A DNA stretch of 64,000 bases from Candidatus Woesearchaeota archaeon (lineage in GTDB: Archaea > Nanobdellota > Nanobdellia > Woesearchaeales > GW2011-AR4). The notes below the pieces were generated by a model. It ran no database searches. It saw only the letters and a program-made list of their open reading frames with translations, and had not been told where the DNA came from. Shown in pieces: positions 56,480 through 64,000 of the stretch. The DNA lies in contig JACPMV010000002.1 of NCBI GenBank assembly GCA_016185845.1, forward strand, positions 1,564 to 65,563, written 5' to 3'. Within the stretch, counting starts at the first letter, position 1; the number at the start of each line of letters is the position of its first letter. The translations under genes were made by a program, and so were the position numbers.

Positions 56480-56833
56480 TTATTCCTGTACATACTCAGC
56501 TCCGGTTGCAAGGCAAATTTCAGCTTTCTTCAGCTCTTTTCCCAGATATGCGGCGTGCTCCAATCTTGTCAGCCAGCGCTTGTTATTTTTTTGGCTATAA
56601 TCAAAAATCGACGTATACAAATCCTGCGCTCTTTTCCCCACGAATTCCTTAAGGATTGTATGGGTGTAATCGCAGATCGCAACCCCTATCTCGAGAGTGT
56701 CCGGATAAATTCTTATCAAAACATAGCATCCTTTATCAATCCTGAAATCCTTATTTGTGTACTTTTTGGCTTTGATTACCTCAAAACTTTTTGAGTATTT
56801 CTGCTTCTTAACCCATTTTGGCATTTCTGTCAT
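56480..56833 (-). CDS. Hypothetical protein.
   Basis: 117-aa ORF with coding-like composition. No recognisable family. Confidence 0.3.
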   Translation of the reverse strand: MTEMPKWVKKQKYSKSFEVIKAKKYTNKDFRIDKGCYVLIRIYPDTLEIGVAICDYTHTILKEFVGKRAQDLYTSIFDYSQKNNKRWLTRLEHAAYLGKELKKAEICLATGAEYVQE

Positions 56834-56917
56834 GCATTAAAGGAAGATTATTCCCGATTTAAAACTATTGGTAAAAACATCAAAAAGGCGAACCGAAACC
56901 TTTAAATACTATTACTA

Positions 56918-57478
56918 GTGACACTAGTAGCTATGAAAAAAGTAGTATGGCTAAATAAATCTAACGGGCAATTATGCGTTACAATACCTAAAGACTCCGG
57001 AGTAAATGAAGGGGAAATTGTGAATGTGGAAAAAGAGAAGGTCAAGTCCATAGTTTATTCTTCGGTAACCGGCGACCTTTTCCATTATGGGCACCTTCGG
57101 CTGCTGCAAAGAGCCAATGAACTTGGAGATTTTCATATATGCGGCGTACTGACAGATGAGGCCATAAAATCCTATAAGCGGGATCCTATAGCGGGATTCA
57201 AGGAAAGAAAATCCATCATATCCTCGCTTTTGTGCGTTGATATGGTAATGCCGCAGCACAGCCTTGATCCGACGGACAATCTTAAGAAAATACATGAGCA
57301 GTTTGAGAATGCCAAGCTGGTTCTTGTCCTTGGCTCCAACTGGAAAAAAGTGCCTGGATCGGAGTATATCAATAAAATAAAAGGGGAGATAGTGCAGCCG
57401 CCATTTTATGAAAAATTATCCACTGACAACATTATAAATAAAATCTTTAAAACTTATGGAAGAGGCAGACAAAAATGA
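56918..57478 (+). CDS. HxGH cytidylyltransferase (TagD/glycerol-3-phosphate cytidylyltransferase-like) with a possible N-terminal AbrB/SpoVT-like swapped-hairpin domain.
   Basis: [15 protein letters not shown] (HxGH) and LTDEAI. N-terminal about 45 aa, [24 protein letters not shown], resembles AbrB/MazE-type domains. Confidence 0.6.
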   Translation: MTLVAMKKVVWLNKSNGQLCVTIPKDSGVNEGEIVNVEKEKVKSIVYSSVTGDLFHYGHLRLLQRANELGDFHICGVLTDEAIKSYKRDPIAGFKERKSIISSLLCVDMVMPQHSLDPTDNLKKIHEQFENAKLVLVLGSNWKKVPGSEYINKIKGEIVQPPFYEKLSTDNIINKIFKTYGRGRQK

Positions 57479-58773
57479 AAAAAGTATATGTAGGGATGAG
57501 CACCGATGTCCTGCACCATGGGCATATAAATATAATATCGGCTGCAAGAAAGCTTGGGGAAGTTACAGTTGGGTTGCTTACTGACGAAGCAATTGCGAGC
57601 TTCAAGAGGGTGCCTTTGCTTTCATACGGGCAGAGAAAAAAAATAATAGAGAACATAAAAGGAGTCAAGGAAGTAATTCCGCAGGAAACCCTTGATTATG
57701 CCCCAAATTTAATTAAGCTAAAGCCCGATTATGTAGTGCACGGAACTGACTGGAAAACTGGAGTTCAAAAACATATAAGGTATAGGGTAATAAAAACACT
57801 AAAGGGGTGGAACGGCAAGCTCATAGAGCCAGAATATACAAAAGGGATATCCTCAACACAGCTTATAAACGAGATGCTGGAAATAGGCACAACTTCTGAG
57901 ATAAGGCTGAAAAAGCTGAGGAAACTGCTGGAGCTAAAGCCTTTAGTCAGGCTTATGGAGGTCCACAATGGCCTGACAGGAAGAATAGTGGAAAAAGCAA
58001 AGATAGTGCAGGGAAATTCTATAAGGGAGTTTGACGGAATGTGGGAAAGCAGCCTGACAGATTCCATTTCCAAAGGCAAGCCGGACATTGAGTATGTGGA
58101 TATAACCTCAAGGCTGCATACAATCGACCAGATATTTGACGTCACAACAAAGCCAATGGTAGTTGATGCCAATAACGGGGGAGTTCCTGAACATTTTGTA
58201 TATACTGTAAAGACACTTGAAAGGGTCGGAGTCTCCGCTGTCATAATAGAAGACAAGACCGGGCTTAAAAAAAATTCCCTTTTTGGGACTGACGCCAATC
58301 AAATGCAGGATTCAATAGAGAATTTCTGCAAAAAGATTTCCGCAGGAAAGAAAGCTCAGGTAACTGAGGATTTCATGATTATTGCGAGAATAGAGAGCCT
58401 TATACTGAAAAATGGAATGGAGGATGCAATTAAAAGGGCAAAAGCGTACATAGAATCCGGTGTTGACGGGATCATGATACACAGCAAGGAAAAAAGCCCG
58501 AAAGAAATCCTGGAATTCTGCAGGCGATACAGGGGTTTTGACAAAAAAGTTCCGCTAGTAGCTGTCCCGACAACATACAATGAAATAACTGAAGAGGAGC
58601 TGATAAAAGCCGGAGTGAATATTGTGATATACGCAAATCATCTGCTAAGAAGCGCGTACCCAAGCATGGTCAGGGCTGCAGAGCTTATACTGAAAAACCA
58701 CAGGGCGCAGGAAGCAGACAAGCTGTGCATGCCGATAAAGGAAATACTTGAATTGATTCCCGGAGCAAAATGA
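57475..58773 (+). CDS. pepM: Phosphoenolpyruvate phosphomutase with fused N-terminal cytidylyltransferase domain (Fom1-like architecture).
   Basis: N-terminus: [18 protein letters not shown] (HxGH CyTase). C-terminal about 290 aa in the ICL/PEP-mutase family with the PepM-specific [13 protein letters not shown] (EDK-x5-NS) motif. ATGA overlap with the upstream gene. Confidence 0.8.
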   Translation: MKKVYVGMSTDVLHHGHINIISAARKLGEVTVGLLTDEAIASFKRVPLLSYGQRKKIIENIKGVKEVIPQETLDYAPNLIKLKPDYVVHGTDWKTGVQKHIRYRVIKTLKGWNGKLIEPEYTKGISSTQLINEMLEIGTTSEIRLKKLRKLLELKPLVRLMEVHNGLTGRIVEKAKIVQGNSIREFDGMWESSLTDSISKGKPDIEYVDITSRLHTIDQIFDVTTKPMVVDANNGGVPEHFVYTVKTLERVGVSAVIIEDKTGLKKNSLFGTDANQMQDSIENFCKKISAGKKAQVTEDFMIIARIESLILKNGMEDAIKRAKAYIESGVDGIMIHSKEKSPKEILEFCRRYRGFDKKVPLVAVPTTYNEITEEELIKAGVNIVIYANHLLRSAYPSMVRAAELILKNHRAQEADKLCMPIKEILELIPGAK

Positions 58774-59888
58774 TAAGCTGCAAGAAATTTTATGACTGCC
58801 TGCTGGAAAATGAAATTGATTTTTTTAGCGGAGTTCCTGATTCTTTATTGAAGGACTTTTGCGCTTACGTGACTGACAATGCAGAAGGCAAGAAAAATAT
58901 AATAGCTGCAAATGAGGGAAATGCAATTGCAATAGCTTCAGGATACCATCTTTCTACGGGAAAATTTGGATTGGTTTATATGCAGAATTCCGGATTGGGC
59001 AATACAATAAACCCTTTGACATCGCTTGCCGACAAAGAGGTTTATTCAATCCCGATGCTCCTATTGATTGGATGGCGGGCAGAGCCTGGTATTAAGGATG
59101 AGCCGCAGCATATCAAGATGGGAAAAGTCACTCTTGGATTGCTTGAAACCATTGGAATTAAATATGAAATATTGAATGACAATTTTGAGGAAATCATTGA
59201 AAAAGCCAAAAGCCATATGGAAAATGAAAAATCTCCCTTTGCGATTGTTGCAAGGAAAGGGGCTTTTGAGGAATACAAGCTTAAAACTAAAAAAGAAACA
59301 AATTACGAGCTTAATAGGGAAGACGCAATAAGGCTTATAGTGCCTTTGCTTGACAAAGATGATATAATAATCTCAACAACAGGAATGACTTCAAGGGAGC
59401 TTTTTGAGCTGAGGGAGGCAAACAAGGAAGGGCATGAAAAGGATTTTCTTACAGTAGGATGCATGGGGCATTCTTCTTCCATTGCTTTGGGAATTGCCTT
59501 GGAAAAACCAGAAAGGAATGTTTACTGCCTTGACGGAGACGGCGCTTTGATAATGCACATGGGAGCATTGTCCACAATAGCTTCTTTAAATCCTAAGAAC
59601 TTCAAGCACATTGTTTTTAACAACTTTGCACATGACTCTGTTGGCGGGCAGCCGACTGCCGCATACAATATTGATATTCCAGCTATTGCAATGGCAAGCG
59701 GCTATGTTTACGCAGATTCTGCAGAAACCAAAGATGACCTTATCGATAAAATAAATAAAATGAAAAATATTGACGGTCCTGCGCTTCTTGAAATAAAAGT
59801 CAACAAAGGCCACAGGAAAGACCTGGGAAGGCCCACAAGGACGCCGATAGAGAACAAGGAAGATTTTATGGGGTTTTTATCTGGTTAA
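58770..59888 (+). CDS. ppd: Phosphonopyruvate decarboxylase (ThDP-dependent).
   Basis: ThDP-binding motif [33 protein letters not shown] (GDG...NN). About 370 aa, immediately downstream of pepM with overlapping stop/start. Confidence 0.8.
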   Translation: MISCKKFYDCLLENEIDFFSGVPDSLLKDFCAYVTDNAEGKKNIIAANEGNAIAIASGYHLSTGKFGLVYMQNSGLGNTINPLTSLADKEVYSIPMLLLIGWRAEPGIKDEPQHIKMGKVTLGLLETIGIKYEILNDNFEEIIEKAKSHMENEKSPFAIVARKGAFEEYKLKTKKETNYELNREDAIRLIVPLLDKDDIIISTTGMTSRELFELREANKEGHEKDFLTVGCMGHSSSIALGIALEKPERNVYCLDGDGALIMHMGALSTIASLNPKNFKHIVFNNFAHDSVGGQPTAAYNIDIPAIAMASGYVYADSAETKDDLIDKINKMKNIDGPALLEIKVNKGHRKDLGRPTRTPIENKEDFMGFLSG

Positions 59889-59889
59889 A

Positions 59890-61026
59890 ATGCATCAAAA
59901 AGAATATTTCGGGCTCAATTCAATAATCAATTTAAAGAAAATCCTGTCTAAATACAAACCAAAAAGCATATTTCTAGTCACCGGCAAAAACTCTTACGAA
60001 AAATGCGGCGCAAAGTCAATTCTTGATAAAATCCTTAAGGGCTACAATGTAATTCATTTCTATGATTTTGATGTAAATCCGAAACTTCTTGACATTAAAA
60101 AAGGAATTAAGTTATTCAAGAAAAATAAATGCGATTTTATCATTGCTATCGGAGGCGGCAGCGTGATGGACGTCGCAAAGTCAGTAAACTCATTTGCCGC
60201 AAATGATGGAAAGCCGGAAGATTATCTCCAAAAAGGAAAATCCATAGAAAAAAAAGGCAAAGTTCTTGTTGCTATTCCCACAACAGCAGGCTCAGGAAGC
60301 GAGGCAACAAAGTTTGCAGTTATCTACCTAAACAAGACAAAATATTCTCTGGACAATGAGTTTATAATTCCGGATTATGCAATAATAGATCCCCAGTTTA
60401 TAATGAACCTGCAGAAAAGCATAACATCTTCCGCAGGAATGGATGCACTGTCGCAGGGAATTGAGTCATACTGGTCCGTACATTCCACCAATCAATCCAA
60501 AAAGTATTCTAGAGGTGCAATCAAGCTTGCCATAAGAAATCTTGCCAAAGCAGTCAATGGCAATAAATCCAGCAGAATAGCAATGGCTAAAGCAGCGCAT
60601 TTGGCAGGAAAGGCAATTAATATATCAAAAACAACAGCATGCCATGCAATCTCTTATCCCATAACCTCATATTTCAATGTTCCTCACGGGCATGCGGTTG
60701 CTCTGACTATACCCTCAATGCTTAAATACAATCTAGATATCAATGAAAATGATATGATTGACAAGCGCGGAGTAAAATACGTCAAAAAAACAATCAATGA
60801 AATTGTAAAACTATTAGGATATGCCAATGTTAATGATGCAAGCATTAAAATACAAAATTTGATGAAACAAATCGGATTATCAACAAAACTCAGCGAATTG
60901 GGAATAAAAACAAATGAAGATATAGAAATAATTATAAAAAACGGGTTTAACCCGGGAAGAGTCAGGAACAATCCAAGGTTATTGACAGAGCAGGCTTTAA
61001 GGAAAATACTGGAGGATATAAGATGA
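59890..61026 (+). CDS. Iron-containing (group III) alcohol dehydrogenase; phosphonoacetaldehyde reductase candidate (2-hydroxyethylphosphonate-forming).
   Basis: AIGGGSVMDVAKSV (GGGSxxD Fe-ADH motif) and metal-binding His residues (CHAISYP...HGHA). Position directly after pepM-ppd. Confidence 0.7.
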   Translation: MHQKEYFGLNSIINLKKILSKYKPKSIFLVTGKNSYEKCGAKSILDKILKGYNVIHFYDFDVNPKLLDIKKGIKLFKKNKCDFIIAIGGGSVMDVAKSVNSFAANDGKPEDYLQKGKSIEKKGKVLVAIPTTAGSGSEATKFAVIYLNKTKYSLDNEFIIPDYAIIDPQFIMNLQKSITSSAGMDALSQGIESYWSVHSTNQSKKYSRGAIKLAIRNLAKAVNGNKSSRIAMAKAAHLAGKAINISKTTACHAISYPITSYFNVPHGHAVALTIPSMLKYNLDINENDMIDKRGVKYVKKTINEIVKLLGYANVNDASIKIQNLMKQIGLSTKLSELGIKTNEDIEIIIKNGFNPGRVRNNPRLLTEQALRKILEDIR

Positions 61027-61778
61027 AAGCGATAATACTTGCGGCAGGCGTTGGCAGCAGGCTGGGTGATGTGACTAAAACAACTCCAAAATGCCTGATA
61101 AAGATAGGCAGCAAAGTAATTGCAGAGCATCAAATAGAGGCATTAACTTCCAATAATCTAACAGATATCAGCATGGTAATAGGGCACCAGGCAGAAAAGG
61201 TAAAAGACGCACTGAAAGATAAAAATGTTAAGTTTTACACCAATAAAGACTATGACAAGACAGGCATGCTGGAAAGCCTGTTCTGCGCGGAAAAAGAATT
61301 AAATGGTGATGTCATCATGCTGTATGGGGATATTGTGTTCAAAGAGAACCTGATAAGGAAACTGCTGAAAGACAAAAATGACATTTGCCTGGTTGTGGAT
61401 AGGTATAAAGAAATAGCCCACGAATCCGAGAAAGCTTTTGAAGAATACCATGGTCAAAAACTGGAAAAAGGAAGCACTAAAGTAAACATTGTTGACGGCA
61501 TAGTCAAGAAAATATCAAAAAGCATGCCCAAGGAAGAGGCAAGCGCGGAGTATATAGGAATCACAAAATTCAGCAGGAAGATTGTGGAAATAGTTCATAA
61601 TAGGATCAAAGAACTCATAGATAACGGAGAAATAAAAGCATACCCGACACCATCGCGTCTGTTCAAGTGGCTTATAGAGAACGGGCACGAAATGCATGTT
61701 ACCTATACGGACGGGATTCTGTACGAAGAAATTGATTACGCTGATGACCTGGAAAGCGCCAAAGAAAAATTTGTATAA
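61023..61778 (+). CDS. LicC/PntC-like nucleotidyltransferase (phospho-alcohol or phosphonate cytidylyltransferase candidate).
   Basis: MKAIILAAGVGSRLGDVTKTTPKCL is the NTP_transferase motif. Paralogous to the gene at 10377. ATGA overlap with the ADH gene. Confidence 0.7.
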   Translation: MKAIILAAGVGSRLGDVTKTTPKCLIKIGSKVIAEHQIEALTSNNLTDISMVIGHQAEKVKDALKDKNVKFYTNKDYDKTGMLESLFCAEKELNGDVIMLYGDIVFKENLIRKLLKDKNDICLVVDRYKEIAHESEKAFEEYHGQKLEKGSTKVNIVDGIVKKISKSMPKEEASAEYIGITKFSRKIVEIVHNRIKELIDNGEIKAYPTPSRLFKWLIENGHEMHVTYTDGILYEEIDYADDLESAKEKFV

Positions 61779-61779
61779 A

Positions 61780-62433
61780 CTAATATTTCTTTACTAAGCC
61801 GATAATTTCTGAAATATCTTTAATGTAATGGTCTCCTTTAGCGCTCTTTTCTATGCAGGCGGATTTTATACCTGCGAGCTTTGCGCCTCTCATTTCGTAT
61901 TCTTTGTGCCCTACAAAAATGGCTTCAAAAGATTTTACATTTAATTTTTTAAGCATTGCTTCGTAGGATTCCTTCCGGTCTTTTGTATATCCGGTTACGC
62001 TTGAGCACACTATGACATCAACAAACTGCGCCAAGCCTATTTTTTTAAACCATTCCCATTTTTTCTCTTCTGTAGTTGCAGTGTCAGTCAGAATTCCTAT
62101 TTTTATGCCCAGCGACTTTATTTTCTCAAATGTGCTATGGGCATTTTCCTTAATCTTTATATTTGAAAAATTCTGCCTGAAAACAGCGGCAAACTCATTA
62201 AAAAAATTGCCGTCAAATTCTATTTTAAGGTATTCCAGGGTTTTTTTGAGATGCTCATCTTTTGAAATATCATTCTTGTAGAGTTGCAGGGCATATTCGT
62301 CATAGGCCTTGATAAACTGCTTTGCAGATACTTTATGGCCCCTTTCCATGAGAAAATCAAGTATTAGTTTTAATGTTTCATCGTCCCTGTAATATACCAA
62401 GTCCCCGGCATCAAATATTACTGCCTTAATCAT
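61780..62433 (-). CDS. HAD-superfamily hydrolase (phosphatase).
   Basis: MIKAVIFDAGDLVY is HAD motif I. The start was moved to the internal Met (cat at 62431-62433). Confidence 0.6.
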   Translation of the reverse strand: MIKAVIFDAGDLVYYRDDETLKLILDFLMERGHKVSAKQFIKAYDEYALQLYKNDISKDEHLKKTLEYLKIEFDGNFFNEFAAVFRQNFSNIKIKENAHSTFEKIKSLGIKIGILTDTATTEEKKWEWFKKIGLAQFVDVIVCSSVTGYTKDRKESYEAMLKKLNVKSFEAIFVGHKEYEMRGAKLAGIKSACIEKSAKGDHYIKDISEIIGLVKKY

Positions 62434-62466
62434 GCACCAGTTTTGCAATAACATATATAAATACGT

Positions 62467-63546
62467 TTGGTTTCAATGCCCTATCCGAAAATGATTGAGC
62501 TAAGAAATGACAGGCAAAGGTCAGAATACATAAAGAACTTATTAAAAGAATTCTTTCCCGGAACAGCAGCCTTTACTGACAAGTTTATAGACGTAGGCGC
62601 TATGAATTATGTTTATGAGGCAGAAGCCGGTGGGCATGTCATCTATCTGAAGCAAGCCCTGGACGATGCAAAAAACAAGGAAAAAATAGGCAAGGATTTG
62701 GCAGGCATACCGAAAAACAGGATAGGCTACGAGGATAAATATATAGAGACAATCAGCAAATTCCTGCCAAAAGAGATCGAATTGCCTAAAATCCTCAAGT
62801 ACGATAAAGAAAATAATATACTAATCATTTCTGATGTAAAGAAAGGAGGGACACTTCTTGAGGAATCGCTTCTCAATGGAAATTTCAACGCTAAAACAGC
62901 ATATAATCTTGGCAAGTTCCTTGGACTGTCGCATAAAAACACAATCGGCAGAAACATAACAATAAGGGGCTCTGAGGAAAACGATGTTGATAACTGGGAA
63001 ATTTTCCTGAAGATGAGGACAACAGGAATACTGCAAAAAGAAAAATTTTCAGATGATGTTGTAAAAAATGTCAATGATGTTTATGAGGATGTAAAATATA
63101 ATTACATCAATAATGTTGTCATAAACATGGACTGCTGCCCTAAAAACGTGTTTGAAAGGAAAAATGGCTCTATCGGATTAGTGGATTTCGAGCTGGCTTC
63201 CGGCATCGGTGATCCGGCTTATGACCTAGGATTTTTAATCGGGCATTACCTTATAATGCTTGCCATCAGAACTGATAAGGTTGAAGAGGCAATATCTTCA
63301 ATACAGAGCATCCTGAAAGGATACAGAGAAGAAATGAACTTCTTAAATGATAAGAATGACAATGAGAGGCTTGTAAAATACAGCGGCATGATCATGATAT
63401 ATCGGGTTGCGGGCTCAAGCCCGGCGCCTTACATTAAAGCTGATAAAATGCCTTTAATAAAAGAAATTGGGATTCAGCTTATAACACGAAATTTCCACAA
63501 TTTTGATGAAGTATTCTACTATATCAGAAAACGATTAAAAAATTAG
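62467..63546 (+). CDS. Aminoglycoside-phosphotransferase/choline-kinase-family small-molecule kinase (LicA-like).
   Basis: Brenner-like catalytic region DCCPKNVFERKNGSIGLVDFELAS (H/DxDxxxxN ... D-F-E). N-terminal nucleotide-binding lobe. About 360 aa. Confidence 0.55.
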   Translation: MVSMPYPKMIELRNDRQRSEYIKNLLKEFFPGTAAFTDKFIDVGAMNYVYEAEAGGHVIYLKQALDDAKNKEKIGKDLAGIPKNRIGYEDKYIETISKFLPKEIELPKILKYDKENNILIISDVKKGGTLLEESLLNGNFNAKTAYNLGKFLGLSHKNTIGRNITIRGSEENDVDNWEIFLKMRTTGILQKEKFSDDVVKNVNDVYEDVKYNYINNVVINMDCCPKNVFERKNGSIGLVDFELASGIGDPAYDLGFLIGHYLIMLAIRTDKVEEAISSIQSILKGYREEMNFLNDKNDNERLVKYSGMIMIYRVAGSSPAPYIKADKMPLIKEIGIQLITRNFHNFDEVFYYIRKRLKN

Positions 63547-63559
63547 CCGCTTATTTAAT

Positions 63560-64000
63560 TTATTTTACTATCCTCTTATACAATCCCTTCAATTCTTCCA
63601 AATCTATTATTTTTAATATGAACAGCAAAGCAACGTATACTAACGATGATATCAACAATACTATAGCTGTTTCAATCCACACATTTAATTCAATTATTTT
63701 TTTCAAACCCCATATAGTAAAAGTAAAAATAATTCCAGCAAGAAAAGTCTTTGCCCATACTGCTTTCGGGAAAGAGATATCAATAAACCTTCTCATGTTT
63801 GCAAGCCCCATTGACATCATAATCAGATAGCTTAAGGTTGTCGATATAGCGGCGCCGATTATTCCTATGTAGGGTATTAAGATTATGCTTGCTATGAAAT
63901 TAAATATTGCCGCAGTATAAACTATTTTAGTAGTTATCTGGGGCTCCCTTATACCTCCAAAGAAATCTATATTTGTCGCATATATAACTGCAAATATCAT
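63560..64000 (-). CDS. Wzx/MATE-like flippase, C-terminal portion. The gene continues beyond the window end (5' partial).
   Basis: Highly hydrophobic C-terminal segment with several TM helices, resembling the C-terminus of polysaccharide-biosynthesis (PST) family proteins. The ORF is open to the window edge. Confidence 0.45.
   Translation of the reverse strand: MIFAVIYATNIDFFGGIREPQITTKIVYTAAIFNFIASIILIPYIGIIGAAISTTLSYLIMMSMGLANMRRFIDISFPKAVWAKTFLAGIIFTFTIWGLKKIIELNVWIETAIVLLISSLVYVALLFILKIIDLEELKGLYKRIVK

Noticed and set aside
1-64000. CRISPR arrays, rRNA genes, integrases/transposases or IS elements.
   Set aside because: No regularly spaced direct repeats, no rRNA-like conserved stretches, and no ORFs with integrase or transposase motifs (DDE, tyrosine recombinase R-H-R-Y). 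The only mobile-element-like gene is the LAGLIDADG ORF.

Overview
The window is AT-rich (about 36-37% GC), densely coding, and almost entirely one large surface-glycan biosynthesis and modification island. Gene starts are preceded by TTTAAATA/TTTATATA-type boxes about 25-45 nt upstream, Shine-Dalgarno sequences are rare, and short archaeal-style RmlC and paired DPM1-like GT2 plus PMT/ArnT-like GT-C genes are present. These signs suggest an archaeal (possibly DPANN-like) or similar AT-rich prokaryotic origin, but taxonomy cannot be proven from sequence alone.

Contents:
- dTDP-sugar genes: RmlA-like, two RmlB paralogs, RmlC.
- CDP-glucose genes: RfbF and RfbG.
- A UDP-GlcNAc to UDP-diacetamido-uronic-acid-like route: WecB/WbpI-like epimerase, WbpB-like Gfo/Idh/MocA oxidoreductase, DegT aminotransferases, NDP-sugar dehydrogenase, AsnB amidotransferase.
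- Five DegT-family aminotransferases, two of them a tandem pair carrying a near-identical 84-nt block.
- Several class I SAM methyltransferases, an ATP-grasp enzyme, a WbqC-like protein and two CE4-like deacetylases.
- Three DPM1-like GT2 plus GT-C pairs, an ArnE/ArnF-like pair of small 4-TM proteins, and an ArnB-like aminotransferase, which together resemble the Ara4N (Arn) lipid-linked aminosugar route.
- GT4 glycosyltransferases, Wzx-like flippases and a large YfhO-like membrane protein.

Two phosphorus-chemistry modules flank the island and are the most notable content:
- 6.2-11.2 kb: a cytidylyltransferase fused to a PEP-synthase-like swivel-histidine kinase that resembles C. jejuni L-glutamine kinase Cj1418, followed immediately by a class I glutamine amidotransferase (peptidase C26) like Cj1417, then a LicC-like nucleotidyltransferase. 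This looks like a nucleoside-diphosphoramidate (P-N) donor pathway similar to MeOPN capsule modification.
- 56.9-63.5 kb: a phosphonate (C-P) module with PEP mutase (EDK-x5-NS motif) carrying an N-terminal cytidylyltransferase domain as in Fom1, phosphonopyruvate decarboxylase and an Fe-alcohol dehydrogenase, which predicts 2-hydroxyethylphosphonate. It is followed by a LicC-like nucleotidyltransferase, a HAD hydrolase and a choline-kinase-like kinase.

Candidate transferases for these donors:
- A CDP-alcohol phosphatidyltransferase-family membrane protein.
- Two sulfatase-fold proteins in which Thr replaces the FGly cysteine, as in LtaS/EptA-type phosphotransferases.

Other notable items:
- A T16 homopolymer inside an SGNH-like gene.
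- A free-standing double-motif LAGLIDADG/HTH protein inside the rml operon.
- A DUF4258/DUF2283-like toxin-antitoxin-like pair next to a truncated FG-GAP-like gene remnant.
- Unusual fusions: C-methyltransferase with a UXS-like SDR, and an SDR with a HAD phosphatase.

No rRNA, tRNA or CRISPR array was seen.
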